A stretch of DNA of 64,000 bases from an uncultured Gammaproteobacteria bacterium (GTDB taxonomy: Bacteria > Patescibacteriota > Patescibacteriia > UBA9934 > GWF2-40-263), in NCBI GenBank assembly GCA_964399675.1, contig CAYNRK010000005.1, forward strand, positions 766 through 64,765, given 5' to 3'. The notes under the pieces are model-generated. The model searched no databases. It saw only the letters and a list, made by a program, of their open reading frames with translations, and had not been told where the DNA came from. Both the position numbers and the translations under genes were made by a program. This document shows, piece by piece, positions 25,989-36,001 of the stretch (position 1 is the stretch's first letter; each line of letters starts with the position of its first letter).

Positions 25989-26495
25989 TTAGGCTTGTGT
26001 CTCTTTAAGTTTTCTCTTAAAGCGGCGTTTAACATTTTTGAGAAAGCCTAGCTTTGCACGTCTAACCTTTGCTGATTTCACAAGTTCAATCTTTGCAACA
26101 ACAGGGGAGTTGATTGGAAAGATTTTTTCTACAGCGTATCCACCGGTTGAGATTTTTCTAATGGTGAGTGTTCGTGAAATACCCGCACCTTTGATTCCAA
26201 GGATGATCCCTTCAAATATTTGAACACGCTCCCGTTCTGTGCCTTTGGCTGAAATGTCTTTAATCCGTTCATGTAACTTTACGGTTTGTCCCGGTTTGAG
26301 CTCATCAAAGTTTACAAGCTTTGATTTGTAGGCAGGCTCAGTTTTTTTGTCTGTGTCATCTCGACCGGAGTCCGACCCTTGGTCGGACGGAGCGGAGAGA
26401 TCTCGAGATCCCTCGGCTTCGCCAGCTTCGCTGGCTTCGCTCGGGATGACATGGTGAGTATTTTTTTCAATTGTGTTTTGGTCTTCTTCAGTCAT
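25989..26495 (-). CDS. rplS: 50S ribosomal protein bL19 with an acidic/Ser-rich N-terminal extension
   Basis: C-terminal 115 aa match bL19 (..GQTVKLHERIKD..RVQIFEGIILGIKGAGISRTLTIRKISTGGYAVEKIFPINSPVVAKIELVKSAKVRRAKLGFLKN). ~50-aa N-terminal extension that includes the palindrome gtccgacccttggtcggac. Confidence 0.8.
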   Translation of the reverse strand: MTEEDQNTIEKNTHHVIPSEASEAGEAEGSRDLSAPSDQGSDSGRDDTDKKTEPAYKSKLVNFDELKPGQTVKLHERIKDISAKGTERERVQIFEGIILGIKGAGISRTLTIRKISTGGYAVEKIFPINSPVVAKIELVKSAKVRRAKLGFLKNVKRRFKRKLKETQA

Positions 26496-26507
26496 AGTAG
26501 CGAGAGC

Positions 26508-27047
26508 TTATATGTTTTTGAGAATTTCGTCAACCACCTGGTCCGGAGTCAAATTTGTTGTGTCGATCACAAGATCATAGTTAGATTTCTCTAAATATTC
26601 AATATTATAGTATTTTTTGTACCTTTTATTATCAGAGTCTAATCGATTTTTTATTCTTTCTTTTGCTTGTTGTTGGGATTCAAATGGATCCTCATCTGAT
26701 CTGGTTCCTTGTTTTGCATCATTAAAAATTCGTTTACTAGCCTCATCAAGACTAACGTCTAAAAAGACCTTGAGTGAGTTTGGAACAAAATGCCAAGATG
26801 TCCTGCCGTCTAAAATAATATTATCTTCTGTTTTACCAAGCTCTGCTTGGTAAGCATCAACTTCTTTGTCAGTGAAGTCTTCGGTCTCGCCAAGTTTATT
26901 TAGCTCATCAATTGTCATTCCACGTTCTTCAGCCATTTTTCCACGCAAATCACCAATTGAATACCATGGCATGGCAAGTTTGTCTGAGAGCATTTTTGCA
27001 ATTGTAGATTTTCCAGATCCTGGAAGCCCGGTTAAAGTAATGATCAT
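26508..27047 (-). CDS. P-loop nucleoside-monophosphate kinase, cytidylate-kinase-like (archaeal-type CMK family)
   Basis: 179 aa. Walker A at the N-terminus (MIITLTGLPGSGKSTIAKMLS). Small NMP-kinase architecture. Confidence 0.5.
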   Translation of the reverse strand: MIITLTGLPGSGKSTIAKMLSDKLAMPWYSIGDLRGKMAEERGMTIDELNKLGETEDFTDKEVDAYQAELGKTEDNIILDGRTSWHFVPNSLKVFLDVSLDEASKRIFNDAKQGTRSDEDPFESQQQAKERIKNRLDSDNKRYKKYYNIEYLEKSNYDLVIDTTNLTPDQVVDEILKNI

Positions 27048-27048
27048 A

Positions 27049-28353
27049 TTAGTTTTGAATCACTTTCAAGAATGTTTTTAATAAAATTTTGAAATCTAAA
27101 AACCAATTTCGATATTTGACATAGTATAAATCATATTCCAATTTTCGTCTGGTGTCCTCGATTGAGCGGCCATAGGGATAATTAATTTGCGCCCATCCTG
27201 TAACGCCGGGTCTTACAATATGTCGCAAAGAGTAGAAGGGGACAATGCGATTAAATTCGTTGACAAACTCAGGTTGTTCTGGCCGAGGTCCGATTAGAGA
27301 CATGTTGCCTTTGAGTACATTGAATAGTTGGGGGAGTTCATCTAAATGTGTGTATCGAAGCAAAGATCCAATCCTGGTTATTCTTTGGTCGTTTGTTTGA
27401 GCCCAAACTTGCTGTGTTTGTTTTGGAGCATGCGTCATTGTTCGAAACTTGCAAATCGTAAATGGTTTTCCGTTTTTTCCAACTCGTATTTGGCGATAGA
27501 GAACAGGACCAGAGGAAAATAGTTTAATTGCGATTGAGATGAGCACAATAAGCCATGAGAGCAGAATTAACAGTATTAGACTTACCAGAAGATCGGATGC
27601 TCGTTTAAACATTTCGAATTCTCGTTTGTGGGCTTCTGTGAAGTGTTTGAGGATCCACGAGGTGTCTGTTATGGAAAGAGGGATTTTTGATCTAAGCTCT
27701 TCCCAAAAGGATGTATCATCAATAACTCTTATGCCATGGAGCACATGCTTGTAAAGTTCTTTTCGAAATGGGTGATAACTATTTTTTCCAACCACAAGTA
27801 TGTCAATTGTTGTGTTGAGTTTAAATTCATTGTCTTGGGAAAGTTGTACAACATCTTCAACGTGATATAGAGCAAGAGAACTGGATGATAGTTTATTCAC
27901 CATTGACATTGAATCAGAGTCAATGTTTACAAACAAGACTCTTTTTCGGAATCGTTGGTCAGTAAAGACTTTTCCAATAATACTTCTCCAGATGAGGAAC
28001 AGTGCTGAGTAAATTACAATGTAGATGAACAAATTTGTTTTTGGACTGATTTTTACAATTGGTGCGATTACATAAAAGAAAAAAGTTGCAAGCAGAGTAT
28101 TAACAACCATGGCTTGTAAAAATTTTTGGAAAAAGATTCCACTTATTCGAAAATGGTATCTAGCATAAAGATCAAAGATATAAAAGGAGGCGATCCAGAA
28201 AAGATGAAGAATTGTAAAAGGCAAAACATGACGATCCCAATCCAGTTGCACAAATTCAAAACCACCTCGTACATACAATGTGATGCCAAGGGCCAGATAC
28301 ATGAGAACAAAGTCCCCTGTAAGAAATATCCAACTTCGGAGTTTAAGAGTCAT
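27049..28353 (-). CDS. Polyprenyl-phosphate sugar-1-phosphate transferase (second WbaP/EpsB-type initiating transferase)
   Basis: Multi-TM N-terminus plus a C-terminal bacterial sugar-transferase domain (..VLYRQIRVGKNGKPFTICKFRTM.., DELPQLFNVLKGNMSLIGPRPE, RPGVTGWAQIN). Confidence 0.8.
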   Translation of the reverse strand: MTLKLRSWIFLTGDFVLMYLALGITLYVRGGFEFVQLDWDRHVLPFTILHLFWIASFYIFDLYARYHFRISGIFFQKFLQAMVVNTLLATFFFYVIAPIVKISPKTNLFIYIVIYSALFLIWRSIIGKVFTDQRFRKRVLFVNIDSDSMSMVNKLSSSSLALYHVEDVVQLSQDNEFKLNTTIDILVVGKNSYHPFRKELYKHVLHGIRVIDDTSFWEELRSKIPLSITDTSWILKHFTEAHKREFEMFKRASDLLVSLILLILLSWLIVLISIAIKLFSSGPVLYRQIRVGKNGKPFTICKFRTMTHAPKQTQQVWAQTNDQRITRIGSLLRYTHLDELPQLFNVLKGNMSLIGPRPEQPEFVNEFNRIVPFYSLRHIVRPGVTGWAQINYPYGRSIEDTRRKLEYDLYYVKYRNWFLDFKILLKTFLKVIQN

Positions 28354-29464
28354 GAGTTTTATGGAACAGAATTGATTCGTAGACCTTCATTGTCTTATCA
28401 CACATTATTTGAACAGAGAAATCTTGCTCAGCAATTTTTTTCCCAGCTTCTCCCATTTGTTCCCGTAACTCTCTGTTTTGGATAAGAGTGCTTAGAGCGT
28501 TTACGAGTTTGTCTAAGTTTCCCTTGGGGATTAGGATGCCTGCTTTGTTTTGAAGAGCCTCACGCACACCTCCGATATCTGAAGCAATGACTGGAATGCC
28601 AAAAGACATTGCTTCAAGGATTGTATAAGGGAATCCTTCCCAGTTTGAGATAAGCACAAACAGATCAGCTTGTTTATCCAATAATTCTAAAACCTTTTTT
28701 CGAGGTGTTGATCCGGTGAGTGTTACTTTGTTTTGGATTGAATTTTTTTTGACAAAGTCATAAAGCTTTCCTTCTTGAGGCCCAGTGCCAATAATGGTTA
28801 AGCGTGCACGCTGTTGTAACTCTTTTGGTAATTGAAGGTAGGCACGGATGAGTTTGATTGGTTCTTTTGGCAGAGCAATTCTTCCGACAAAAAAAATGTC
28901 CAGAATATCTTTTGATTGTTTTTTAGGTATCAAGGTCGGAATATCGATCCCATTGTAAACGACAGTCAACTTGTTACTTGGTGCGATTTTTAATCTTTGT
29001 GCAAGTTGTAAATCATTTTGCGAAACGCAAATTATTTTTTCACAAAACAATCCAGCTAGTTTTTCAAGTGGTTTTATGAAAAGTCTTCTGTAAAAAGGTG
29101 CTCCTTGAGTAAACGCCCAACCGTGTGCTGTAAAAACTGTTGGAATTCGATTACGTAAAGTAAATCTTCCAAGAAGACCTGCGATTGTGCTGTGACAGGC
29201 TACTAAGTCAGGCTGGAATTCTTTTACAGCTTTTAGAAATTCACTTGATGATCGAAGAAGTCGAAAAGGATTTGCTGTGTTGCCCAAGAATGCGTTGGGA
29301 TAAAATTTAACATTGTTTTTTTTCGCCTGTTGTTCCAACCATCCTCCTGGAGCACTCATGATTGTGACTTCATGACCGCGTGAAGTTAAATACGTTGCAA
29401 GCTGTGCAACGTGCGTTTGGGCTCCACCCTGTTCCGATTTTGTTATGAAGTAGAGGACTTTCAT
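28343..29464 (-). CDS. Glycosyltransferase family 4
   Basis: GT-B fold; EX7E-like C-terminal motif (ISNWEGFPYTILEAMSFGIPVIASDIGGVRE). Confidence 0.8.
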   Translation of the reverse strand: MKVLYFITKSEQGGAQTHVAQLATYLTSRGHEVTIMSAPGGWLEQQAKKNNVKFYPNAFLGNTANPFRLLRSSSEFLKAVKEFQPDLVACHSTIAGLLGRFTLRNRIPTVFTAHGWAFTQGAPFYRRLFIKPLEKLAGLFCEKIICVSQNDLQLAQRLKIAPSNKLTVVYNGIDIPTLIPKKQSKDILDIFFVGRIALPKEPIKLIRAYLQLPKELQQRARLTIIGTGPQEGKLYDFVKKNSIQNKVTLTGSTPRKKVLELLDKQADLFVLISNWEGFPYTILEAMSFGIPVIASDIGGVREALQNKAGILIPKGNLDKLVNALSTLIQNRELREQMGEAGKKIAEQDFSVQIMCDKTMKVYESILFHKTHDS

Positions 29465-30282
29465 GTGGCTTTATGAGCGTACATTTTTTGTTTGAAAATA
29501 TGAACTCGAATGAATCGGACAATAGGCAAGGGAAGTATTGTGGCAAGAAAAGGCTTGAGAAAAAAGATCAAGTTCCAAACTGGATATTGTTGACGTTTCA
29601 ACGCGGCTTGTCGAGCCTTCAACGCAAAACGAATCTGCTCACGTTCTGTTTTGAATGAGATCATGTTTTTGGTAAAACGTTTCTGCATCAGGATTTCGGG
29701 AAGGTTTGCAAGCTCAGTTATCTTTGCCGCACGCAACCACAAGTCATAATCTTGCGCTTTGTAGTAGTTCTTGTCATAACCACTGACTTGATCAAGGACA
29801 CTTTTTCGCATAATCACTGAGCTGTGTAGGAACGGATTGAATCGAATAAGAATCCGTTTTATTTTTTTGTTGGTGAGTGGTGGATGCTTTTCTCCAATAA
29901 CAGCCCCAGATTCGTCAATGAATTCATAAGCACACCCAACGATTCCAACTTCAGGGTGCGTTTCAATATACTCGATCTGGCGCTCAAATCTTTTTGGCAC
30001 GGCAATGTCATCAGCATCCATACGAGCAATAAACTTGCCTTGAGCTTGGCTGATCGCCTTGTTAAGCGATTTGGTTAATCCCAGATTGGTTTGGTTGGTT
30101 ATAATTTTAATTCGTTCATCTTGATGAGCCAGTGTTCTCAAGATTTCTGGCGTTCGATCCGTTGAGCCATCGTCAATAATAATAAATTCAAAATCACCAT
30201 ATGTTTGAGAGAGAATGCTTTGAATTGCTTGTTTCAAAAACCGTTCTCCATTGTAGACTGACATTATGACTGATAAGTGCAT
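29461..30282 (-). CDS. Glycosyltransferase family 2
   Basis: LSVIMSVYNGERFLKQAIQSILSQTYGDFEFIIIDDGSTD (GT-A N-terminal signature with the DXD region). Confidence 0.8.
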   Translation of the reverse strand: MHLSVIMSVYNGERFLKQAIQSILSQTYGDFEFIIIDDGSTDRTPEILRTLAHQDERIKIITNQTNLGLTKSLNKAISQAQGKFIARMDADDIAVPKRFERQIEYIETHPEVGIVGCAYEFIDESGAVIGEKHPPLTNKKIKRILIRFNPFLHSSVIMRKSVLDQVSGYDKNYYKAQDYDLWLRAAKITELANLPEILMQKRFTKNMISFKTEREQIRFALKARQAALKRQQYPVWNLIFFLKPFLATILPLPIVRFIRVHIFKQKMYAHKAT

Positions 30283-30321
30283 AGAATCGTCAAATCTGAT
30301 AAACTTTTTTCATTGTAAACT

Positions 30322-31578
30322 ATGAGAATTTCAACATTAAAACAGAATATTTACAAGTTCTTGCGATGGTCAGAGAAATATACAAAAACAGACATGGTTT
30401 ATTTGGCTCAAGGAAGTTTTTGGATGCTGATAAAAAAAATTACGCTTTCCTTCATTGGGCTCATAATGGTTGTTGCTTTTGCAAATTTGTTGCCACAGGA
30501 AACCTATGGGACCTATAAGTTTGTGTTGTCGATTACCGCCATTTTGGCTATTAGCACACTTTCTGGAATGAACCCATCTCTTATTCGATCTGTTGCAAAA
30601 GGATATGAAGGTTCATTGATTCCAGTTTTTTATGCTCGACTTAAATGGGGGGCCATAGGGAGCGTCGGGGGCTTGGGTCTTGCATTATATTATTATGTTC
30701 AAGGCCATACAACGCTCACGATTGTTTTTATACTTTTTGCACTCTTTCTTCCTTTTAAAAATGCTTTTTCGATTTATAAAGCATATTGGCAAGGAAAAAA
30801 ACAATTCGATACGTTTGCAAAATTTATTGTACTACACGAATTATTGGTAATGATACCAATACTGCTAACTCTTTTATTCACAGATAACATTGTCACAATT
30901 TTTGTTGTCTATTTGTTGTCTTGGGTGATTCCTGCAGCAGGGTTCTTTTTCTTCACCATTCGAAGAGTAAAGAATACGCAGCGTGATTCTGAGACAATTA
31001 CATACGGAAAATTTTTGAGCCTCATTGGGATTCTTTCAACGATTGCCAACCATTCGGCAAATATTCTTATTTGGCATTTTGCCGGTGCAATTCCAGTGGC
31101 GCTTTACAACTTTGCTGTCAGACCCCCGCAGGAGATAAAACGGATCTTTACAGAAACATTTCCAATATCGTTTCCGAAATTTAGCGAACGTTCCAAAAAG
31201 GAAATTAAGCAAACATTATTGAAGAAAGTTGCAAAGCTGTACATTGTGCTTATACCAGCAACAATTATCTATATCCTTCTTGCACCGATGATCTATAACA
31301 TCTTTTTTCCAAAATACACAGAAGTTATTTTTTATTCCCAACTTTTTGCAGTTACCATATTATTAATCCCTTCATCACTTTTTGGGATTCTCTATCAGGC
31401 TCAAGCATCAAAAAAGGAAATGCTGATTTCAGGAACCTTAATGCCGATCATTGTGATTAGTTCCCTACTGATTTTTGTTCCTAAGTACGGGATTCTTGGT
31501 GCTATTATTGCATCAGTGATTACACATGTGCTAGGTTTGGCTCTTCAGATTTTTTTATTTAGACGAATGAAAGTATGA
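30322..31578 (+). CDS. Polysaccharide/oligosaccharide flippase (Wzx/MOP superfamily)
   Basis: 418-aa polytopic membrane protein (~12 predicted TM segments), located among the GT genes. Confidence 0.65.
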   Translation: MRISTLKQNIYKFLRWSEKYTKTDMVYLAQGSFWMLIKKITLSFIGLIMVVAFANLLPQETYGTYKFVLSITAILAISTLSGMNPSLIRSVAKGYEGSLIPVFYARLKWGAIGSVGGLGLALYYYVQGHTTLTIVFILFALFLPFKNAFSIYKAYWQGKKQFDTFAKFIVLHELLVMIPILLTLLFTDNIVTIFVVYLLSWVIPAAGFFFFTIRRVKNTQRDSETITYGKFLSLIGILSTIANHSANILIWHFAGAIPVALYNFAVRPPQEIKRIFTETFPISFPKFSERSKKEIKQTLLKKVAKLYIVLIPATIIYILLAPMIYNIFFPKYTEVIFYSQLFAVTILLIPSSLFGILYQAQASKKEMLISGTLMPIIVISSLLIFVPKYGILGAIIASVITHVLGLALQIFLFRRMKV

Positions 31579-32672
31579 AAAAGATATCATTATCATTTTT
31601 TGCTACAAAAGAAATAGATGTTTCTCAAACAGGCAATCTTCATTCAGGTTTTTCAAATCCTCCAGATCGTCTTGTCTACGGATTTGAACACGACGATGAA
31701 TTTACGTTAACGGTTTCTGCAAAACGAAACAGCTTGCTTCAGCTTTTATGGAAGCCATTTGAAAAATTTTTGATTTATCGAACAGGTGTTGGTTTTAGAC
31801 TTGATCAGGTAATCATTAACTTAAAGCAGATTCGTTCACAAGACATTGTTTTGGCTCAAACGGATTCTTGCGGACTACCGATTGTGCTTTTGAAAAAACT
31901 CAATCTTATAAAATGCAAAGTTGGATTTCTCTCTGCCGGTCTTATTAATAATTTGGAGCTCCAACAAAACACCTTTCTTTTTCGATTTTATAAATGGTTT
32001 CTTAAAGAAGCGGATTTTATTGTATGCTGGTCTTTGCTTGAAGAAAAGATGTACAAAGAGCTAATTGGAGTTAATGCAAAATTTGTTCTTTTGGAAACAG
32101 ATCTTGATTTTTATCAACCTAATTTCGAAATAGAGCTAGAAGATTATGTCTTGTGTGTTGGAAGAGATGTTGGGAGAGATTTTCAATCATTGTTTCAGGT
32201 GCTTGAAGAATTAAACATACCAGCAAAAGTCATAACACAACCGAATCGTATAAAAGGTCTGGAGGTGCCAAAAAATGTTGAATTATATTTAGAAAAAGTA
32301 AGTTATCCTACGTTATTAGATTGGTATAAAAAGGCGCGGCTTGTTGTAATAAATCTCCAAGAGATAAATCGTTTTACTGGGCAGCGGGCTCTTTTGGAAG
32401 CTTTGGCCATGGGCAAAGGGGTTGTTGCTGCAAAAACCAAAGCGCTCACAGAGACTTATGTACTTGAAGACGGAAACCATCTTGTTTATTATGAGCCAGG
32501 CAATAAAGAAGATTTAAAAGAGAAAATAAGTGTCTTGTATAGGGATGAAGAAAAAATAAAAAGGTTGAAAAGAAACGCCCGTCAGTTTGTTGAATCATTA
32601 CCAAAAGATTCTTTTTTTAGAGGAGTTAAAAAAATATTGTTAGATGCTGTTACTTATGTGGAGACTAAATAG
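31575..32672 (+). CDS. Glycosyltransferase (GT-B, family 4-like)
   Basis: C-terminal ..RALLEALAMGKGVVAAKTKALTETYVLEDG.. resembles the GT4 nucleotide-sugar binding motif. Confidence 0.5.
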   Translation: MKKISLSFFATKEIDVSQTGNLHSGFSNPPDRLVYGFEHDDEFTLTVSAKRNSLLQLLWKPFEKFLIYRTGVGFRLDQVIINLKQIRSQDIVLAQTDSCGLPIVLLKKLNLIKCKVGFLSAGLINNLELQQNTFLFRFYKWFLKEADFIVCWSLLEEKMYKELIGVNAKFVLLETDLDFYQPNFEIELEDYVLCVGRDVGRDFQSLFQVLEELNIPAKVITQPNRIKGLEVPKNVELYLEKVSYPTLLDWYKKARLVVINLQEINRFTGQRALLEALAMGKGVVAAKTKALTETYVLEDGNHLVYYEPGNKEDLKEKISVLYRDEEKIKRLKRNARQFVESLPKDSFFRGVKKILLDAVTYVETK

Positions 32673-33369
32673 CAAATACCTTAAATTTAAAAAGTATGCC
32701 ACGTATGCGCGTGAACCTTTCTTTGAGATCGCAAAAAAATATTCAGAAGGGAAGAAACGTATCATGGACATGGGGCCAGGTGATGGAAAATTTGCTGACT
32801 ATCTTGGGCGTGAAGATATTTATTTGATAGAAGGGAATCCGCGATCTTGTGATCGGTTGAAATTAATATATCCAAATGTTATAAACGCTCGTCTTCCGGA
32901 GCAATTGTCATTTGAAGACGGAACATTTGATTTTATTCATTGTAGTCACATTATTGAACACCTTTCTAATTCGGAAGCACATACGTTGTTTAAAGAGATA
33001 AATCGATTGTTAAGTGTTGGTGGTGTTTTGGTGATTTCTGCCCCCACGCTTTATGATGGCTTTTACAATGATTTATCGCATGTGAAGCCTTACAATCCAG
33101 CTGTTTTTCTTAAATACTTTGTGCGTGGTAATGAGTGCAGTGCGACTCGTAGCATAATTAGCTGTAACTACGAAAAAGTTGAGTTGGTTTGGAGATTTAC
33201 ATTTACACAGATGAAAGTACCTATTTGGGCAAACGGAGAGACAAAAACGTTCTTTAACAAAGTGCTATATGCTCTTCATTTACTCATAAAAAAAATTGGA
33301 TTTGGTCAATATCAACGCAGCGGTTTTACGTTAGTATTGAGGAAAAGAGAACGATCAAATGTTGAATAG
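32644..33369 (+). CDS. Class I SAM-dependent methyltransferase
   Basis: Motif I (IMDMGPGDGKFADYLG), then DFIHCSHIIEHL and the post-I region (Methyltransf_11-like). Confidence 0.7.
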   Translation: MLLLMWRLNSKYLKFKKYATYAREPFFEIAKKYSEGKKRIMDMGPGDGKFADYLGREDIYLIEGNPRSCDRLKLIYPNVINARLPEQLSFEDGTFDFIHCSHIIEHLSNSEAHTLFKEINRLLSVGGVLVISAPTLYDGFYNDLSHVKPYNPAVFLKYFVRGNECSATRSIISCNYEKVELVWRFTFTQMKVPIWANGETKTFFNKVLYALHLLIKKIGFGQYQRSGFTLVLRKRERSNVE

Positions 33370-34181
33370 TATGGGTTTTGTGTTTTCACTCGCCAAAGAT
33401 AGAGTGGGACTTTGGCGCAAATGCTATCTTGAAACATTTCAACAACCTGAAAATTAAAATCTCGATCTGCACCGCGACCGCGGTCTGATGGCCGGATTCG
33501 TAATTCTCGTGGCCGGAAAGAAATAGTATCAAAAATTTTCCGTTTTACCAGTGTGGGACCAGCTGCGCATGGGTATGGATCCCAGTTGCGAAAAAATAGT
33601 TTTAATCTTCTTTTAATTGGGAAGGGAATATATTGGTGTGTTGTTTTAAAAAGAGAAAATCCAACCCCTTTTGTTTTTTTTGCCAAATCCAATATTTTTT
33701 TAGTCTTTATAATTGCGCCTGGATTATTTTTTAAATAGCGATTGATATCAATTGATTTTTCAATAAGTTTTTCATCAAATTTTTGCCAATCAATACAGAC
33801 GTGAGATGAGTTGTATTTTTGTGCTAATTGATACTGAGCCTCAATTCGATTCCGCAATGATGCATCGTCAGCATCCTGAAACGTAATCCATTCGCCTTGT
33901 GTCTTATTGATTCCATGATTACGCGCCATCCATCCGGCATTTATGTTTACTCCTTTTCTGTTGCATCGATGTGGGTCATCAAAGGGAAGGGAATAGTATT
34001 TCACATTCTGATTTTTTTGTGAGATTTTTTTTACCACCTTCTGAGTATGGTCAGTACTATTATCATCAACCACAATGATTTCGAGATTCGGATACGTCTG
34101 TTGCAAAATAGAATCAATCGCCACTTTGATTGTCTCTGCCGAATTATATGTGGGTATGATTACGGAGATCAAAGGATCCAT
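33312..34181 (-). CDS. Glycosyltransferase family 2
   Basis: ISVIIPTYNSAETIKVAIDSILQQTYPNLEIIVVDDNSTDHT. Confidence 0.8.
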   Translation of the reverse strand: MDPLISVIIPTYNSAETIKVAIDSILQQTYPNLEIIVVDDNSTDHTQKVVKKISQKNQNVKYYSLPFDDPHRCNRKGVNINAGWMARNHGINKTQGEWITFQDADDASLRNRIEAQYQLAQKYNSSHVCIDWQKFDEKLIEKSIDINRYLKNNPGAIIKTKKILDLAKKTKGVGFSLFKTTHQYIPFPIKRRLKLFFRNWDPYPCAAGPTLVKRKIFDTISFRPRELRIRPSDRGRGADRDFNFQVVEMFQDSICAKVPLYLWRVKTQNPYYSTFDRSLFLNTNVKPLR

Positions 34182-34183
34182 AC

Positions 34184-35122
34184 TTAACTGAAATCATTCC
34201 TATTTTCCAAAAACCATGTATAGAGTTTTTTTACCCCTTCCTCCAGAGAAGTTTTTGGTTTCCATCCCAAGCTTTGTAATTTACTAACATCCATAAGTTT
34301 ACGAGGAGTTCCATCAGGTTTTGATAAGTCGTGTTCGATTTCTCCTTCATAGCCTACAACCTTGCAGATAAGCAGCAACAAATCTTTAATCGCAATATCT
34401 TCTCCCATTCCAACATTATACAGTCCATGATTAACATCTGATTCCATCAGAAAAACGCATGCGTCACCAACGTCATCAACATACAAAAATTCTCTTAGTG
34501 GTTTTCCTGTTCCCCACATTACGATTTCTGGTTCATTGTTTTCCTTTGCCTGAACGACTTTGCGAAGTAGTGCCGGCATAACATGTGAGGTTTTAGGATC
34601 AAAATTATCATTCTCACCATAGAGATTACATGGCATGACCGCAACGTATGAGAATCCGTATTGGTCGTGATAGGCCTCGCACATTTTAATGGCTGCGATT
34701 TTTGCTGTTGCATAGCCAAAATTTGTTGGTTCCAAATGGCCTGTCATCAAACTCTCTTCTTTGATTGGTTGGTCAGCAAATTTTGGATAAATACAGGAAC
34801 TTCCAAGAAAGCAGAATTTTTTAACACCAGTGAGGTGCGCAGCATGGATTGTATTAAGTTCGATCGCCATGTTGTTGTAAAAAAATTCACCTTGAGCTTC
34901 TTTGTTGGCCAAAATTCCACCAACCTTTGCGGCTGCTAAAAACACATAGTCTGGTTTGTTCTTTTCAAAAAAATCAGTGGTTGCTTGTTGATTTCGTAAA
35001 TCTAATTCCGAGCTTGTTTGTAAAAGTAAATTTTCATAACCATGTTTTTTTAACTCTCTTACAATTGCAGATCCGACCATTCCTTTATGGCCAGCCACAT
35101 AAATTTTTGATTCCTTTTCCAT
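34184..35122 (-). CDS. fcl: GDP-L-fucose synthase (GDP-4-keto-6-deoxy-D-mannose 3,5-epimerase/4-reductase)
   Basis: SDR fold (IYVAGHKGMVGSAI), the conserved fucose-synthase blocks (YPKFADQPIKEE.., GYATAKIAAIKMCEAY.., MPCNLYGENDNFD) and typical length of 312 aa. Confidence 0.9.
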   Translation of the reverse strand: MEKESKIYVAGHKGMVGSAIVRELKKHGYENLLLQTSSELDLRNQQATTDFFEKNKPDYVFLAAAKVGGILANKEAQGEFFYNNMAIELNTIHAAHLTGVKKFCFLGSSCIYPKFADQPIKEESLMTGHLEPTNFGYATAKIAAIKMCEAYHDQYGFSYVAVMPCNLYGENDNFDPKTSHVMPALLRKVVQAKENNEPEIVMWGTGKPLREFLYVDDVGDACVFLMESDVNHGLYNVGMGEDIAIKDLLLLICKVVGYEGEIEHDLSKPDGTPRKLMDVSKLQSLGWKPKTSLEEGVKKLYTWFLENRNDFS

Positions 35123-35194
35123 AACTTAATATAAAGACATGACTTAGATTGAATTATAATAGCAAAATTTGTGATATACACAACAATTATAATA

Positions 35195-35222
35195 CGAAAA
35201 GACCCCGAGGGTTTCAAGGGGT
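35195..35222 (-). terminator. Terminator of the NUDIX gene
   Basis: aagacccc-gagggtttcaa-ggggtctt; minus transcript followed by ttttcgtatta. Confidence 0.5.
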
Positions 35223-35223
35223 C

Positions 35224-35973
35224 TTAGATCAGTTGCAATCGTCCCAGTTGCTTTAGAGCCAGCAAGGTCACGACATGTGAAGAGGCCTCAAGGACGAGTC
35301 CTTGAGTAATGAGCTTCCACCACTCTGAAAGTGGAACAAGTATACATGCAAGGTGTTCGGTCCCATCAAGCGAAGACGGCTGTGGACGGATGGGCTCTTT
35401 TATGATTCCCAGGAACGGGAAAACGAGCTGATTGGTTTGGCGAGAGCTGACTGCAATGCCATGGTCTGACAATGGTGTCAGGCTTTCCAAAGCCAGTCCG
35501 GTTTCTTCTTCGAACTCGCGCTTGGCGCATCGTTCCATTGGACAAGGGTGTGTTTGATCTTTCTTGTTTGGAACCCCGGCCGGTGGAGAAAGCGAAAGGA
35601 CTTCAGCTCCATGCTTCCACTCACCAATGATGGGGACAAGCTCCTCACCGTCTTCGTGTTGGTTGGGCACCAGAGCAAAGACAGTTCCCCAATCTCGTCC
35701 CATGCTTCGAAATCCAGTGAACAGCCTTCCGTTGGGCTGTTCAAAGAACGCTGCCTGCGCTTGAGGAGCAAAACGTGCCAGCTCCTCACGTTGGGGATCA
35801 CTCAGATCGCTTTCTGCGTACGTTACCAAGTCCTGCGGAGGTCTGAGTTGGCGCCAGGCTTGAATACCTAGTTGTTCCAGCTCTGCAAAGACCGTGTCTG
35901 ATGTTACGATTGGAAGACCGTATTGTGTTTCCACGTTTCCTCTTTTACAGCATGAATATGCGGAGACATCCAA
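35224..35973 (-). CDS. NUDIX-family hydrolase (possibly GDP-sugar hydrolase, Gmm/NudD-like by context)
   Basis: NUDIX-box-like ..ERCAKREFEEETGL. GC-rich ORF, unlike its neighbours. Its adjacency to fcl mirrors the gmd-fcl-gmm arrangement of colanic-acid loci; that link is inference. Confidence 0.5.
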   Translation of the reverse strand: MDVSAYSCCKRGNVETQYGLPIVTSDTVFAELEQLGIQAWRQLRPPQDLVTYAESDLSDPQREELARFAPQAQAAFFEQPNGRLFTGFRSMGRDWGTVFALVPNQHEDGEELVPIIGEWKHGAEVLSLSPPAGVPNKKDQTHPCPMERCAKREFEEETGLALESLTPLSDHGIAVSSRQTNQLVFPFLGIIKEPIRPQPSSLDGTEHLACILVPLSEWWKLITQGLVLEASSHVVTLLALKQLGRLQLI

Positions 35974-36001
35974 ATATAGCAGGCTTTCTAAGCCATGTCA
36001 A

